In this document: piece by piece, positions 36,674-50,290 of the stretch
How positions within the stretch are numbered: position 1 is the first letter of the stretch
Layout of the letters: each line of letters opens with the position of its first letter
Assembly: GCA_965287045.1 (NCBI GenBank)
Contig: OZ336871.1
Location: 24,304,001-24,368,000, forward strand
DNA length: 64,000 nt
Reading direction: 5' to 3'
Source of the DNA: Carcharhinus amblyrhynchos
Taxonomy: Eukaryota
Made by a program: the position numbers and the translations under genes
Notes under the pieces: model-generated
What the model was told of the DNA's origin: nothing
Databases searched by the model: none
The model's input: only the letters and a program-made list of their open reading frames with translations

Positions 36674-38519
36674 GTATGTAATGAAGACAGTGGAGATCTC
36701 ATCTGCCAACTGGGGAGCTGGCGAGAGCCCTATGTCTCCTCTTTAGGGAAAACTCACAAAATTAGGTGTCATTCAGGTGCTTAACTGAGGCCTTTTCCAG
36801 GATCAAGGACTCTGGGGGCAAAAGTACCACCTTTTGAAAGTTGCTGGGCAATTAGAGGTCAGTAAATATGTTGGATAGCAGCGCTACTGAGGAGGCATTG
36901 GTCATTGCTGGTATGACATCCAGCAGAAGCATAGCACAGTTGCTGGTTCCCAACTGTGAATAATGGTGAAAGGGTGCCATGGGAGCGGGTGTAGCGGAGA
37001 AGGGATGTGAAGGGGTGTCGGCAGCAAGGCCAATGCGTGGTTGGCTTGCCGTGCTCCATACATGGTCAGCCCCCTGTCTGCTATTAAGTTGGTACCAGCA
37101 GTGGTGAGGAGAGTGGGCATTCATTTTGTACTTAAGGGGCTCAACTGGTGGTAGGGCCAGAAGGCTGTCCACTAGCACAGACTTAATCTGGGTGAAGGCA
37201 GGAATGCGGGAGGGTCCCCACCTTCCACCCTCTCATTGATTCAATGCACCCCCACTCCCAAACATAGCATGGGACGCGGGCATTAAATTCCACCCCATGT
37301 CTTTATAAGTTCTGTGACTGATCCTGTCATAGCTTTCAGGTGTAACACTTCAAAGGTGTCAGACTTCAGAAGGCTACACCTCAGGGTGACACATCCTTGC
37401 AGAGTAAAATTTATTATGGAGCTGATATCAGGATTTACCCGTTACTGGTTATCAATTAACCAGTTGTTTGGCTGATTCTGAAATAATGAAAAGCAGTTTG
37501 AGTAACGCAGCTTACCGATCAGGAATGAATAATCAGCACTAAGCGATTTTTGAGTAGCAGCAAAGAACCAATGTGTGAAATTGCTTTAATTCACCATCAG
37601 ACATATGAAGCTCTCCCAGCCCCAACATGCTGTATGTCCATTACCTTAATTAGCTGGAAGAATGATTCACCATATTCGTAACCAAAATCAAAACCTAACC
37701 AATAAAATAATGAAAACTAAAATGCTTATTCTTTCCCTTCCTTTGCCAATGTGCTGCAGTGACACTTGTGTCAATATCAGGGCTCTGAGAATCCCTGATA
37801 GATGAGAGCTGGAAACCATGTTCTTGCTAACAAGTGAACATTTATTGACTATTTACAAAGACAGATTTCAGCAGGAAGCCATTACAACCTTCTTCTCACT
37901 GGCTCCACTTACATGTGATCTGGCATCACTGATGATGCACTGTAGCGATTAGCATTAACTCTTTATACTACACAGTCCTGTTCCCAGTTCCTCAATATTC
38001 TGAGATTTTCAGGACTTGAATTTCTGGAGCTGATCCAGTCCTCTTTCCAGATCCACCCTTTCACAGCTATGCTTCCGATAGACAGGATCTCGCCCCCGGA
38101 CCAGAAAGTCCTGCCCGAGATCAATGGATCTTTGCATTGCCTGTGTCCTGCCCGCTACAATTCCTGTGGCTGGAAGTATGGGAAAATACCACACTATGGG
38201 CAAAATTTTACGAGATTGATTCTAAGTGTCCAGCTAGAATGAAAATGGGAGTGTTCCCGAAGCGTTTTTTTTGTGCGGGGGTTTTCATGCCCAACCTTAT
38301 GCACTTAGTCTCTGAAAAGATGGGCTAGTCACTTTCTAGTTGCCGGCTAGAAACTAACCCATCAATGGGCGGGGCAAGCCAGTAAAATTCCGCCCTATGT
38401 ATTCTGCCTCAGTCTCACCGCTACCAGCACATCACCACAGCCTGGGCTGCAAACCCGCTGAGTGCTCCCAACCCCCAATCCTCCACTAATATTCTCAGTT
38501 AAAGTTCTCCCACATTCCA

Positions 38520-39490
38520 CTTCCCAACCATGTATCAACACTCTCAATTTTTACAGATGCACCGTACAAAACATCCTTTCTGGTTGTATCACAGCGTGGT
38601 ATGGCTTCTGTTCTGCCCAAGACGGCAAGCAATTACGAAGAGTTGCGAACGTAGCCCAATCCATCATGCAAACCAACCTCCCATCCATTGACTCTGTCTA
38701 CACTTCCTACTGTCTTGGAAGGGCAGCCAGTGTAATTAAGGACGCCATGCACCCCGGACATACTCTCTTCCACCTTCTTTCTCAGGAAAAAGATACAAAA
38801 GTCTGAAAACACGTTCCAAGAGACGCAAGAACTGCTTCTCCCCTGCTGTCATCAAACTTTTGAATGGCCCTATCAAACATTAAGCTCATCTTTCTCTTCA
38901 CCTGACCTGTAACTTCAACACTATGCTCTGCACCCTATCCTTTCCTTTTCCCCTGTGTACTTTATGAACGGTATGTTTTGCCTGTATAATGCACAAGAAA
39001 CAACACTTTTCACGTGACAATAATGAGTCAAAACAAATCAATTCCGAACCGGAATCATATATCAGACGCTGTCTCGGGAAAGCAGCCAGCATAACTAAGG
39101 ACCCCATTTGCCCCATAGATATCCCCTTCCACTTTCTTCCATCGCGAAAAAGATACAAAAATCTGAGATCAAACTTTTATATCAACTCACTCAAGAATAG
39201 TTTCTTTCCTGCTGCCATCACTTTTGAACAGACCTACCTCATATTAAGTTGACCTTTCTCTACACCCTAGCTATGAACTGGTGAGCTTCTCTCAGTGCTT
39301 CCTGCATTTCTTGATATTTAGCAAGTTTACAGGCCTCTTCCACATTTAACCAGCAGTGTAACACTACATTTTGTGCCCTACTTTTCCTTCTTCCTCTATT
39401 AATGGCATTCGTTGTTTGCATGGCGCGCAAGCATGTATATTATTGATATATCTATATACTGATACATATGATAATAATAAATTAAATCAA
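38520..39490 (+). mobile_element. Two tandem Rex1/Babar-type LINE 3' fragments
   Basis: ORF 38462-38806 LNFYRCTVQNILSGCITAWYG...HPGHTLFHLL is a typical Rex-Babar ORF C-terminus. ATCAA-like tails. Confidence 0.8.
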
Positions 39491-40170
39491 ATGTACTTGG
39501 TTGCAGCATCCAGCATTGGCCCACCCTCATATCTTCTGGTTTGCCCCTTATTCCCAACACCTTCTCTCCAACATGTTCACATTTCAGCATCTCTCTGATA
39601 GCTTTGGCCATGAGTAAAGCCACTGTTGGTCAATCATAACCAGGGCATTATTTGGCAGTGGTGCCAACTGCCAGTTAAGCTGCAGAGAATGCAATTGGTG
39701 CCATCCCTTCATGAGCACATTTAATTTTAATCAGCAGCGTGCTTTATGATGCCCCTGTTCGGCTCTCTCAGCCTGTTAAACATTGAAGGGGGTTTCCAGC
39801 CGGTTACAGTAACAGCTGACTGCACAGGAGGGAAGTGCTTAGCTCGCCAGCACCATTTAATATTAATAGTTTGGATTGAATTTCTGATAAGCAGAGCAGG
39901 TGCTTAAGGCAGAGGCAGTTGTCTGAGTGACCAGATGGAATGTTGCTTCACTCCTGGGATGGTTAAGGCAAAAGCTTAAAGGCAAACCATTGATTAAAAT
40001 TGAAGGGCTGGTTAAAATTAATAGGGAACCAGCAAATAAAATTATTGAAGGTCAAGATCATGGAATATAACACTTCAACAACTCACTTCCCAAAATTATG
40101 TTAGTGTGATCCTCAATTCAATGGACAATAACCTCAACACCAATATATATATCTCCAAATTTGCCAAGAG

Positions 40171-40406
40171 CATGATGTGGAGATGCTGGTGTTGGACTGG
40201 GGTGGGCACAGTATGAAGTTTCACAACAGCAGATTAAAGTGCAACAGGTTTACTTGGAATCACAAGCTTTCAGAATGCTGCTCTTTCATCAAGTGAGTGA
40301 CCCCAGGTGAGTGACCCCACTACCTGAGGAAGGAGCAGTGCTCTGAAAGCTCATGATTCCAAATAAACCTGTTGGACTTTAACCTAGTGTATGAGGCTTC
40401 TTACTG
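40171..40406. mobile_element. Fold-back PLE-derived element
   Basis: Inverted arms of the same family as 36308-36673. Core CTGAGGA...GAAA at about 40324-40348. Confidence 0.75.
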
Positions 40407-40744
40407 TAGCCAAGAATAGGCTCAGGGATCTTCACCAATTTATTAATGTCAAGCACTCTATCACTATTCATTGTCACACACAAAACATGAATATCAAAAT
40501 TTGATTCAATTAGCATGTATATCCAATATACATTAGACATACATGACGGTGTATTGGCATGTACAATAACAGTTTGCACCAACCAAATAGGATTACACGT
40601 TGAACGGGCCATACTTCAGATAAGATGTTAAATTGTGATTCCAGTTTCCATTTCAAATGGTCATAAAAGACCATTATTCAAAAGACCATAATTTCAAAGA
40701 AGAGCAGTTATGTTATAATGCTAATACTTACTCCTCAATAGGTT

Positions 40745-41095
40745 GGGGAGACAATGGCCCAGTGGTGTTACCCATTAAACCAGAAATTTAGCCAATCTTC
40801 TGGGCACCTGGGTTCGAATCCCACCATAGCAAATGGTGAAATTTAAATTCAATTAAAAAAAAATCTGGAATTCAGAATTTACTGATAACCATGAAACCAT
40901 TGTTGATTGTTGTAAAAACCCATCTGGTTCACTAATGTCCTTTAAGAAAGGAAAACTACTGTCCTTACCTGGCCTGGCCTACGGTGACTCCAGAGCCACA
41001 GAAATGTGGTTGACTCTCAATTGTCCTTGAGCAACTAGGGAAGGGTAATAAATACTGGCCGGCTGGTGATGTCCATGTCCCTTGAATGAATTGAA
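40745..41095 (+). mobile_element. tRNA-derived SINE (second family), nested in an old DeuSINE-like repeat
   Basis: B-box gggttcgaatccc. Tail aataaatactggcc...tgaatgaa. Confidence 0.65.
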
Positions 41096-41669
41096 AAGAA
41101 GAATTAAAAATGAATAGAAACATATTGCCTGGTCATTTTCAAATTACTATTGGTGGAATCCCCTTGTGCAAAAATTGGTTGCATTGTAAAATAATAATTG
41201 GACTTCAAAGGGTAATTTCTTAGGTGTAAGCCCCTTTGGGATGTCTTGATATCATAAAAGATGTAATTTAAATGTAAGTGTTTTTCTTAATTTACTTCCT
41301 TCTTTCATTTCCAATGAATAAATCACATCTTAAAGATAATACTGAAGACATAGGCCCAGGTTAGGGGTTTACGAGCAGCAGCCAGCCTCAGTCTAGACTG
41401 TGCCTAGTTGCAGGTTATCCCTGTCTAAATGCAGAGACGTCACTTGTCTAGAAACTCCGCTACTAACTAGATTGATTTTTCTCAAGGCTAACTTGGAAGT
41501 ATCACAAACAACCCTCAGACACACCCAATTCTGAACACTGAAGTGATTTTCAAATTGCTTGAGGAAATGTACCAGGGTGGTCCAGTTTGCAATGTTGCAA
41601 TGGACCCTAGGAAGAAGCCATTTCTGTTGGTTGGTAGCCTGGGGTCTGGTACAAATCCCAGTTTTGGGT

Positions 41670-42030
41670 TGATTTGATTGATTTATTATTGTCACATGTA
41701 CTAGAATACAATGAAAAGTATTGTTTCTTGCACGTTCTGCAGGCAAAGCATAAAGTACATGGGGGAGAAGGAAAAAATAGCGTGCGGAATATAGTGTTGC
41801 AGTTGCAGGAAGGGCGAAGAGAAAGATCAGCTTAATATATGATAGGAGCATTCAAAAGTCTGATCACAGCAGGGAAGAAGCAGTTCTTGAGTCTGTTGGT
41901 ATGTGTTTACAGACTGTTGTATCTTTTTCCTGATGGAAGAAGGTGGAAGAGAGTATATCTGGGAACATTGGGGTCCTGATTATTCTGGCTGCTTACCTGA
42001 GGCAGTGGGAAGTGTAGACAGAGTCTATTG
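41670..42030 (-). mobile_element. Rex1/Babar-type LINE 3' fragment
   Basis: TLFHLLPSGKRY in ORF 41907-42164. Tail match to the other copies. Confidence 0.75.
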
Positions 42031-42669
42031 AGAAAGGAAATGGCCTTCTTTTTAGCAGTTACCAATTCACTAATGTGAATAAATAGATTGGTAAACCTTG
42101 ATGAAGATCTTTGCTCATCAGTTTTGAACCAGACTACATTATCGCAAATGAACCATTCTTCCACATTAAGTGGAAGAATGGTTCACATTAAGTGGAAGAA
42201 TGGTTCATTTTGTGGAGCAATGTGTTAGCAGTAGGAGCACCCATTACTGAAATAACTACTGAGGTAACTATGATGCAATGTCTAATGACTAAGAGACTGA
42301 GATCTGGGGGGAAGCAGAAGCACAACCTCATGTAGAGCATTGAGATAGATATAGACAGTAAATAGACAAGTATGGTTCGCGAGAATAACGGGCAAAATTT
42401 TACTAAAAAATGGCAGTGTTGGTTCCGGCAGAAAAAATGGAGTGTCCCCCATTGATGCCACCGACATGATTTTGGGCCGAATCTTATACCTCAATAGCAA
42501 TAATTTTTATGCCCATGAGTTTCACACCGCTCCTATGGCATGTTCCCTCTGAGTCATCTGCCCAGCAATGATTTAACTGCTGTGAGCACTGGGGGAACTC
42601 TGTATAAATGGCTCCCCAAGCACTTGTTCCATAACTATTGCAGGGCACAGCAGCCAAGAACATTGTCCC

Positions 42670-44197
42670 ACATGGGACATTGTGGGAGGCTAGGGAGGAA
42701 ATTGCGGGTCCCCTAACCCAGATATTTGAATCATTGATGGTTACGGGTGAGGTGCCTGAAGATAGGACCTGAAGAAAGGGCTGCAGGGAAAAGCCTGGGA
42801 ACTACAGGCCAGTGAACCTCATATCTGTGGTGGGTAAAGTGTTGGAAGGTATTTTAAGAGACAGGATCTACAGCCATTTGGTGACACAAGGATTGATTAG
42901 GGACAGTCCGCGTAGCTTTGTGAATGGAAAATCATGTCTCACAAATTTGATTGAGTTTTTTGAAGGGGTAACCAAGAAGGTAGATGAGGCAGTGCAGTTA
43001 ATGTTGTCTACATGTATTTTAGCAAGGCCTTTGACAGGGTACCACATTATAGGTTGTTGCACAAGGTTAAATCTCACGGGATCCAGGGTGAGGTGTCTAA
43101 ATAGATACAAAAATTGGCTTCTTGACAGAAGCAAAAAGGTGGTTGAGGAGAGTTGCTTTTCAAACTGGAGGCCTGTGACCAGCCGTGTGCCTTAGGGATC
43201 CATGCTGGCTCCACTGTTATTTGTGATTTCTATTAATGATTTAGATCAGAATATAGGAGACATGGTTAGTGAGTTTGCAAATGACACTAAGATTGGTGGC
43301 ATAGTAGACAGTGAAAAAAGTTATCTCCAATTGCAACGGGATCTTGATCAATTGACGCAATGGGCTGACAAATGGCGGATGGAGTTTAATTTAGACAAAT
43401 ACGAGGGGATGCACTTTGGTAGATTGAACCAGGGCGGGACTTACTCAGTGAATGGTAAGATGTTGAGGGGAGTTACAGAACAAAGAGATCTAGGGGTACA
43501 TGTTCATAACTCCTTGAAAGTGGAGTCACAAGTGGACAGAGTGGTGAAAAAAGCATTTAGCATGCTTGGTTTCATTGGTCAGAACATTGAATACAGGAGT
43601 TGGGACATCTTCTTGAAGTTGTACAAGACATTGGTAAGGACACACTTGGAATACTGTGTGCAATTCTGGTCACCCTATTATAGAAAGGATATTATTAAAC
43701 TGGAAAGAGTGCAGAAAAAATTTACTAGGATGCTATCGGGACTTGATAGTTTGAGTTATAAGTAGAGGCTGAATTGACTGGGACTTTTTTGTCTGGAGTG
43801 TAGGAGGCTGAGGGGTGATGTTATAGAGGTCTATAAAGTAATGAGGGGCACAGATCAGACGGTCAATATCATTTCCCAAAGGTACAGGAGTCTAAAACTA
43901 GAGGTTTTGTTTTGAGGTGAGAGGAGAAAGATACAAAAGTGTCCAAAGGGGCATTTTTTTCACAGAGGGTAGTGAGTGTCTGGAACAGGCTGCCAGAGAT
44001 AGTAGTAGTGGTGGGTACAACTTTATCTTTTAAAAAGCATTTAAATAGTTACAACGATACGATGGGTATAGAGGGATATGGGCCAAATGCAGGCAATTGG
44101 GATTAGCTTAGGGGTTTTAAACAAAAAAGGGCGGCATGGGCAAGTTGGGCTGAAGGGCCTGTTTTCATGCTGTAAACCTCTATGACTCGATGACTCC
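42670..44197 (+). mobile_element. 5'-truncated CR1/HER1 LINE with frameshifted RT
   Basis: ORFs 42812-43195 and 43202-43765 carry RT motifs (KSCLTNLIEFFE, LLFVISINDL, FANDTKIGG, RDLGV, HLEYCVQFWSP). (ctctatga)-like tail. Confidence 0.95.
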
Positions 44198-44689
44198 ATG
44201 ATGATGATGAATGATCTTCTTCACTCAGCCAAGGTAAGTAAATCATCTCCAGTTTTCCAGTGGATCCCCTTGCATGCCCCTTGCACCCCCAACTCTTTCT
44301 CTCACTCAGTCACCTTTGCCAACATCAGGCACCAGGTCCACCTTCCCTCCCACATTGACCATATTCCCCACAGTAGTTTTTATGCTCTTCACACTCCAGC
44401 TCCCACTCAAGCCCCATGCGTTCTGAGGTCCCACGGCGTGTTTCATGCCACTCCACTGACGAGGGGCCAGTAAGATCAGAACTCAGAAACTCACTGGCGT
44501 GAATGGCACCCTCTGGACTTTGAGCACGCACTGCCATTCCTGCAGACAGAGAGTGCGGGCTCAACCTCTCCAGTAACGTCCTTAGGTTAACAGCCAAACA
44601 CCAAAGAAATTGTATCTAGACCCTAAACCTAAGACAAAGCGCATTTCATATTTGCAGAACGCATGGGATGAAAGTGTGTCTCCCCAACT

Positions 44690-45232
44690 ACGTTCCTAAG
44701 ATGTCCTGCATTTTGGGTCAGAATGAAAACTTTAGATGGGTGGAGTAGGGAGTATCTTCAGATGGATATGGAAAGATTTGATTCAGAGGTCTTTTTCGCA
44801 TACTGCATCCAAACTACGTGTAACCCAGTTCTCTTCCAATAAAATTCATGGCTGGTGGGATTTTGCCAAAAAAATTTTTTAAATTAACTAGGTGAACTTG
44901 GTAAGCTAACAGCTCTTGCACGGATTCTCTGTTCTTTTTGGGGCTATTTTTGCAGTAATGATTAGTATGAGTGTGGGGTGGTGCAACAATATCGTAAGTT
45001 GGCAATGCAATCTACGTGATACTCTTCTTCATTCACAATCAATTTGAGTTTAAATCACTATCGCTCAGAGATAATGATTAGATTCGGGCCCTTGGCAGAT
45101 TGTAAAATTAATTGGAAAAAGACCAAAGCTCTCGGATATGAAAATGATGTTTTCCCACAGCCTTTATTAGGTTCATTCTTTCAAATACTGTAGCTGGAAG
45201 GGTGTATCAAATATTTAGGGATTAAGATAAAT
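44690..45232 (+). mobile_element. Ancient L1-clade RT fragment
   Basis: RFGPLADCKINWKKTKAL...L*LEGCIKYLGIKI at about 45080-45230 matches the L1 pattern GYKINW-KS-A...KYLGI. Confidence 0.65.
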
Positions 45233-45923
45233 ACAAGTGCTCCCCCTGGGGCTCAGTGAATTTATCTTGTTAGCTGCTGTGTCATAACAAACAGGAGGAT
45301 TCTTGGTTCAGCTACTGGCGAGTTCTGAGTTCTGTAGATCTCAGCTGGAACCAATGGTAGAGGCTCCACAATCCTTCTCAGTGTCCTTGCAATAGAGGGT
45401 AAAACTATGCCAGATTTCTATTTGGTGACCCTTACAACAAATGCATATGTGTGGAAGCCAAGAAAGATTTGATTTGATTTCATTTGATATATTATTGTCA
45501 CATGCACTGGGACACAGTGAAATGTAATGTTTCTTACACGTTTTACAGGCAAAACCTACCATTCATAGAGTACATAGGGGAAAGGAAAGGAGAGGGTGCA
45601 GAATATAGTCTTGCTGTTACAGGTAAGATAGAGAAAGATCAGCTTGATATATGGTAGGATTACAGGCACCTGTTGCAGCTTCAAGAGCTGCTAGTCCAAC
45701 CTGAGAAGCAAATATTGTTGTACCTAATTTATACAATGGTCACCGAAATGGAGCCTTCTTGAATCTGATTTAGGGGCGCAATAAGGCCTAATTTCTACAC
45801 CATTTTCTGGTCATTTTATAACATTGTCCTTGCAATGCGCAAATTGGCTTCTATTTTTCCCTACTTACAACAATGATTATAATTCAAAAACACTTCACTG
45901 CTTACGATGTTTCCAAAGTTCCT

Positions 45924-46225
45924 GCATGGTGGCACAGTGGTTAGCACTGCTGCCTCACAGCACCAGGGACCCGGATTCAATTCCCGGCTTGGGTCAGTGC
46001 CTACACAGAGATTGCACTTTTGCCCCGTGTCTGCATGGGTTTTCTCCCACAGTTAGATTGATTGGCCAGGCTAAATTGCTCCTTAGTGACCTGGGATGCA
46101 TAGGTTAGAGGGATAAGCGGGGTAAATATGTAGAGTTACGGAAATTGGCCCTGGGTGGGATTGTTGTCGGTGCGGACTTGATGGGCTGAATGGCCGCTTT
46201 CTGCACTGTAGGGTTGCTATGATTC
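45924..46225 (+). mobile_element. HE1-type SINE
   Basis: Family match by eye. Confidence 0.85.
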
Positions 46226-46750
46226 CAATGAAATGTCCTTTGGGCCTAAATTTAAGTCATTTTTATCTATTAATCTTCATTCTCGGTCACTGTTACAAGT
46301 CCAACTGGTACTAACAAGTCAGATCCTGGAGTGAAACCTGACTTGATAGATCCAAACTTTGTTTTTTTTAGAAACTGTGGCAACAAGTTTCTGAGTAGAT
46401 AAGTATGAATAGTATATATATATATACAATATGCTCCAGATCAGACTGCCATCATTGCATTCTGGGCTAGGACGAAGATCATAAAATGATCAATGTGGCT
46501 TAAATAATAACCATAATGTTTATGGTTCACTTTAACAACCTGAAGCATTGGTCAGGAATTCTGAAGGAGCAACATGTCTGCCAATAAGCTTTGAGGTCCT
46601 TCAATACGATAGTGTTAAGTTCCCCACAGAGACCGTAACTTTAAAAGAAAGAGACATAAACATAAGGATATGAAAAATAGGAGCAGAAGACTACACAACC
46701 CTTCAAGCCTGCTCTGCCATTCAAAATGTATAAAATAGCAGTAAGGGCTG

Positions 46751-46968
46751 AAATTTGATTTTTATACTGAGCACTGTGATTATGCATAAAAATAGAAAAA
46801 GTAATAGAATCTATCTATCTGTTTGTGTGGCTGTCAGTCATCATAAAGTTGTCAGTGTACTCAAGACAAACACTGCAGACGTGTGTATTGCCGTACTACC
46901 ATTACAGCTGGTTTGCATTGGTTAAGAAGATGTTGTTGAACTTCTGTAGCCTGACAGTAATTCTGCCT
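46751..46968 (-). other. Terminal-exon-like block, paralog B
   Basis: Acceptor tatttacag, short ORF to a stop, then a UTR-like stretch. 91/106 identical to 56200-56305 by manual alignment. Confidence 0.45.
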
Positions 46969-47356
46969 GTAAATACATTGTGTTCATTTATTAATGTTAC
47001 TGTGGTGTCCTTTGTATTCCCATGAAGCCAATGAACAATTATTCAATCCTTAAAACTTTTACTGCAACACCAACTAAAATCAACATAAATCAAACATTAT
47101 GCTTACAATTGAAGGATATTTCAAATAAAAAGGTAGATTTCACTTTAAATAGTCAATGCAACAAAGATACATAATTGCAAGCACTCGTGTTATGGCCTCC
47201 GTGAATATGGCATCATGTGCAATCGCACGGTTTTTCTAAGTCGGCCTCTGTTTTGTAAGACTTCTCACCTCTCGTCCTATTGTTTGAGTCCTTGAATCAC
47301 ATTCACCAGCAATTGTCTTCAATCTGATGTCCCTGGGCCAGGTTAAAACTGACAAG

Positions 47357-48235
47357 TGTTAGCCATCAAATTAGAAACTCCATGATATGTTGTGAAGTTA
47401 GCCCAGACCTCAACTTTTTTTTTGATTTTGGCGTCAGTGTGAACATAAAGTGTTTTGCTCCAGGTATGATTCAATTGACTCATTAGGAAGCTTTTATTAA
47501 AACAAATTTTATTTAACAATAAAGCGTAACTATAACCAAAAAGAATTAGCACAACTTTTACCAGTTCAAATGCTTAAACATAACTGCTAGCTATCTCTGT
47601 TAGTTCCAATTTAAGCAATATCCCCAAAGATATGATGTCCTCTTCAGAATTAGTTAGCAAAGCACACAGGCTCACTAGGGTTGCCTGTCCTCCAGCCTTT
47701 TAACAACTCTGGGCAGAAGTATAGAGAGACACCTGTCATCTGACTCTCAAACTGCAGCCTCTGGAGAAAGATCTGTCTTCACACAGCAGAACTCCAGAGA
47801 GAGGGAGAGGGAGAAAACACTTCTTGCCTTTTGTAGATCACTGGAGAGAGATACCAATTTTCTAGCAGGTCCTAACTTCAATTTCCACAGAGAGAGAAGG
47901 AAAGAGCTGCTGCTCCCTTCAAATTCAAACAGCAATTGCCCACTTGTCTGTTTGTAAGTTTAGCTCTTCCCATTATCACATGACCCACACATACCAATCA
48001 ATCTAATTTAACCCCACCCTGAAACCCCAGCCACAACCCAAAAAAATAACAAATCTGTATTATCTCAGATTAAAATAAACACCGCAATAATTAAGAACAA
48101 TTATTCTTCTGCCTGCTGAGCATGTGGGTTGCCAGTTAAAGACAACTGGCATCGTAATCAGTGCTGAGGTAGCAATCAGTCCCCTCACAAGAAACATGAT
48201 GCACATGCAATTGTTAAAGGCACAGTATCGTCACA
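47357..48235 (-). mobile_element. Solo LTR (about 880 bp), TG...CA, near-TSD CAAG/CAAA
   Basis: Ends tgtt... and ...tcaca on the plus strand. An inverted partial copy lies at about 48557-48726. Confidence 0.65.
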
Positions 48236-49227
48236 CAAAATACATGTCCAGAACCCTCTTTCACTTGGGTTGGGACAACCTCATGGCACAGAATCCACAG
48301 AGTCTTCCTTATCCACCCCAATAAACAATCTGGGGGGGGGGGGTGGGGGTGGTTCTGGAAAGACTGGAACAGCAACAATGGGTTTTGTCCAATCCAAATC
48401 CCTTTCCCTGTCTGTCTTCAGTCTGTTGTCCTTTCCAGCTGTATAACATACATAGTAACAGCATCTTTATTTATTCTCAGAGAGCTGCTGCAACCCTAGG
48501 TTCTGTTTGAAAACAGCCAAACGTAAAACTGTTTCTTTTGGACAGAACCCTGCTTGCACGATGATACTGTGCCTTGAAGATATGTATTTGTGTCCTGTTT
48601 CTCGTGAGGGGACTGCTTTCTACTTCAACACTGAATATGGTGCCGATTGTCTATAACTGGTAACCCACCTGCTGAGCATGCAAAAGAATAATTGCTCTTA
48701 ATTATTGGGGTGTTTGTTCTGAACTGCCAAATCAAAGACACTGGCTGACCCAACTATGCTGAAATTAGCTTTCTGTTTACCCTTTGCATCTTAGCTGTTG
48801 ATCGTCATGGCAACCTCAGGTTACATGGGCATTTCTTGGAACTTACTGATGTCACAATCATGACATTGATGAATGCTCTTCCAGCTCACTTTGGCCTCAA
48901 AGGGACATCACACAAAGGAAAATGCAGGCATATCTCCAGCACACACACCATCACAATAGACGTGAAGGCAGGCTGCCAAGGTCTGACAGAGAATCTACAC
49001 CAGTCTGGTTCACTGTGCCAATAGCTGAGCCTTGATCAGCATTTTAGTTTGGACAGTTGATTAAACTTGCACAACTCTTAAAGCTTTACAGTAACATTAG
49101 GGTTTGGTAATGAGGATGGCCTGTCCAAATTAGTAGCTTCAGAAATACGATTCTGAGAAATTAGCATTACTGACAGATGTTCTGCTGCTGGAAGCAATGA
49201 AAGGACTTGAGCTAATTTTTATCACAC

Positions 49228-49925
49228 CTGTACAGCATGGAAACAAGCCCTTTGGTCCAACTCATCCATGAACTAGTTCCATTTGCCTGCGTTTGAAACA
49301 TATCCCTACAAATCTTCCCCATCCATGTACCTGCGTTTTAAACGTTGTAACTGCACCAGCCTCTATAATCTCCTCTGGCAGCTCATTTGATATCTGCACC
49401 ACCCTCTGAGTGAAAAAGTTGCCCACCAGGTCCTTTTTAAATCTTTGCCTTCTCATCTTAAACCTATGCTGATGGTTTGAACTCACTTACTCTGGGGAAA
49501 AAGACCTTGGCTATTCACTTTATCTATGCCTCTCATGATTTTATAAACTTCTATAAGGTCACCCATCATCCTCCTATATTCCAGGGAAAGAAGTCCCAGC
49601 CTATCCACTCTGTCCTTAAATTTCAAACATTTCAGTCCCAGTAGTATCCTTGTCGATCTTTTTGCATCCTTTCCAGTTTAATAATTTCCTTCCTATAGCA
49701 GAACAACCAGAATTGTATGCAATATTGCAAATATAGCCATACCAATGTCTTGTACCATTGTAAAATAATGTCCCAACTCCTATACTCAATACTCTGACTG
49801 ATGAAGGCAATTGCATCAAAAGCCTTCTTCACCACCCTGTCAACCTGTGACTCCACTTTCCAATTATGTACCTGTACCTCTAGTCCCTCTGTTTGACAGC
49901 ACTCTCCAGGTCCCTATCATTGACT
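49228..49925 (-). mobile_element. CR1/HER1 LINE 3' fragment
   Basis: ORF 49632-49856 ESQVDRVVKKAF...IEYRSWD...LERMQK. Confidence 0.9.
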
Positions 49926-50004
49926 ATGCAATTTGCTGTAACCTTTTCCTGGTTTTCACCCAGGTGGCTCAGGTTCGACTCCTGATATGGGAATTAGTTT
50001 TATG

Positions 50005-50290
50005 GGCAGCATAGTGGCACAGTGGTTAGCACTGCTGCCTCACAGCACCAGGGATCCAGGTTCAATTCCCGGCTTGGGTCACTGTGTGTGCAGAGTCTGC
50101 GCGTTCTCCCCGTATCTGCTTGGGTTTCCTCTGGGTTTTCAGGCTTCCTCCCACAGTAGGAAAGACATACTAGTTTGGTGCATTAGCCATGTTAAATTCT
50201 CCCTTTGAACAGGAGCTGGAGTGTGGCAGCTAGGGGATTTTCACAGTAACTTCATTGTGAACCTATTTGTTTGTGACACTAATAAATAAA
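50005..50290 (+). mobile_element. HE1-head SINE with alternative tail
   Basis: Family match by eye. Confidence 0.85.

Noticed and set aside
36212-36784. Mirror-image ORFs MNGEFWPQTEHIKHRQF as duplicated genes
   Set aside because: They are an artefact of the palindromic PLE-derived repeat.
42812-43765. Active reverse transcriptase gene
   Set aside because: It is 5'-truncated and frameshifted, has stop codons, and the catalytic FADD motif is altered to FAND.
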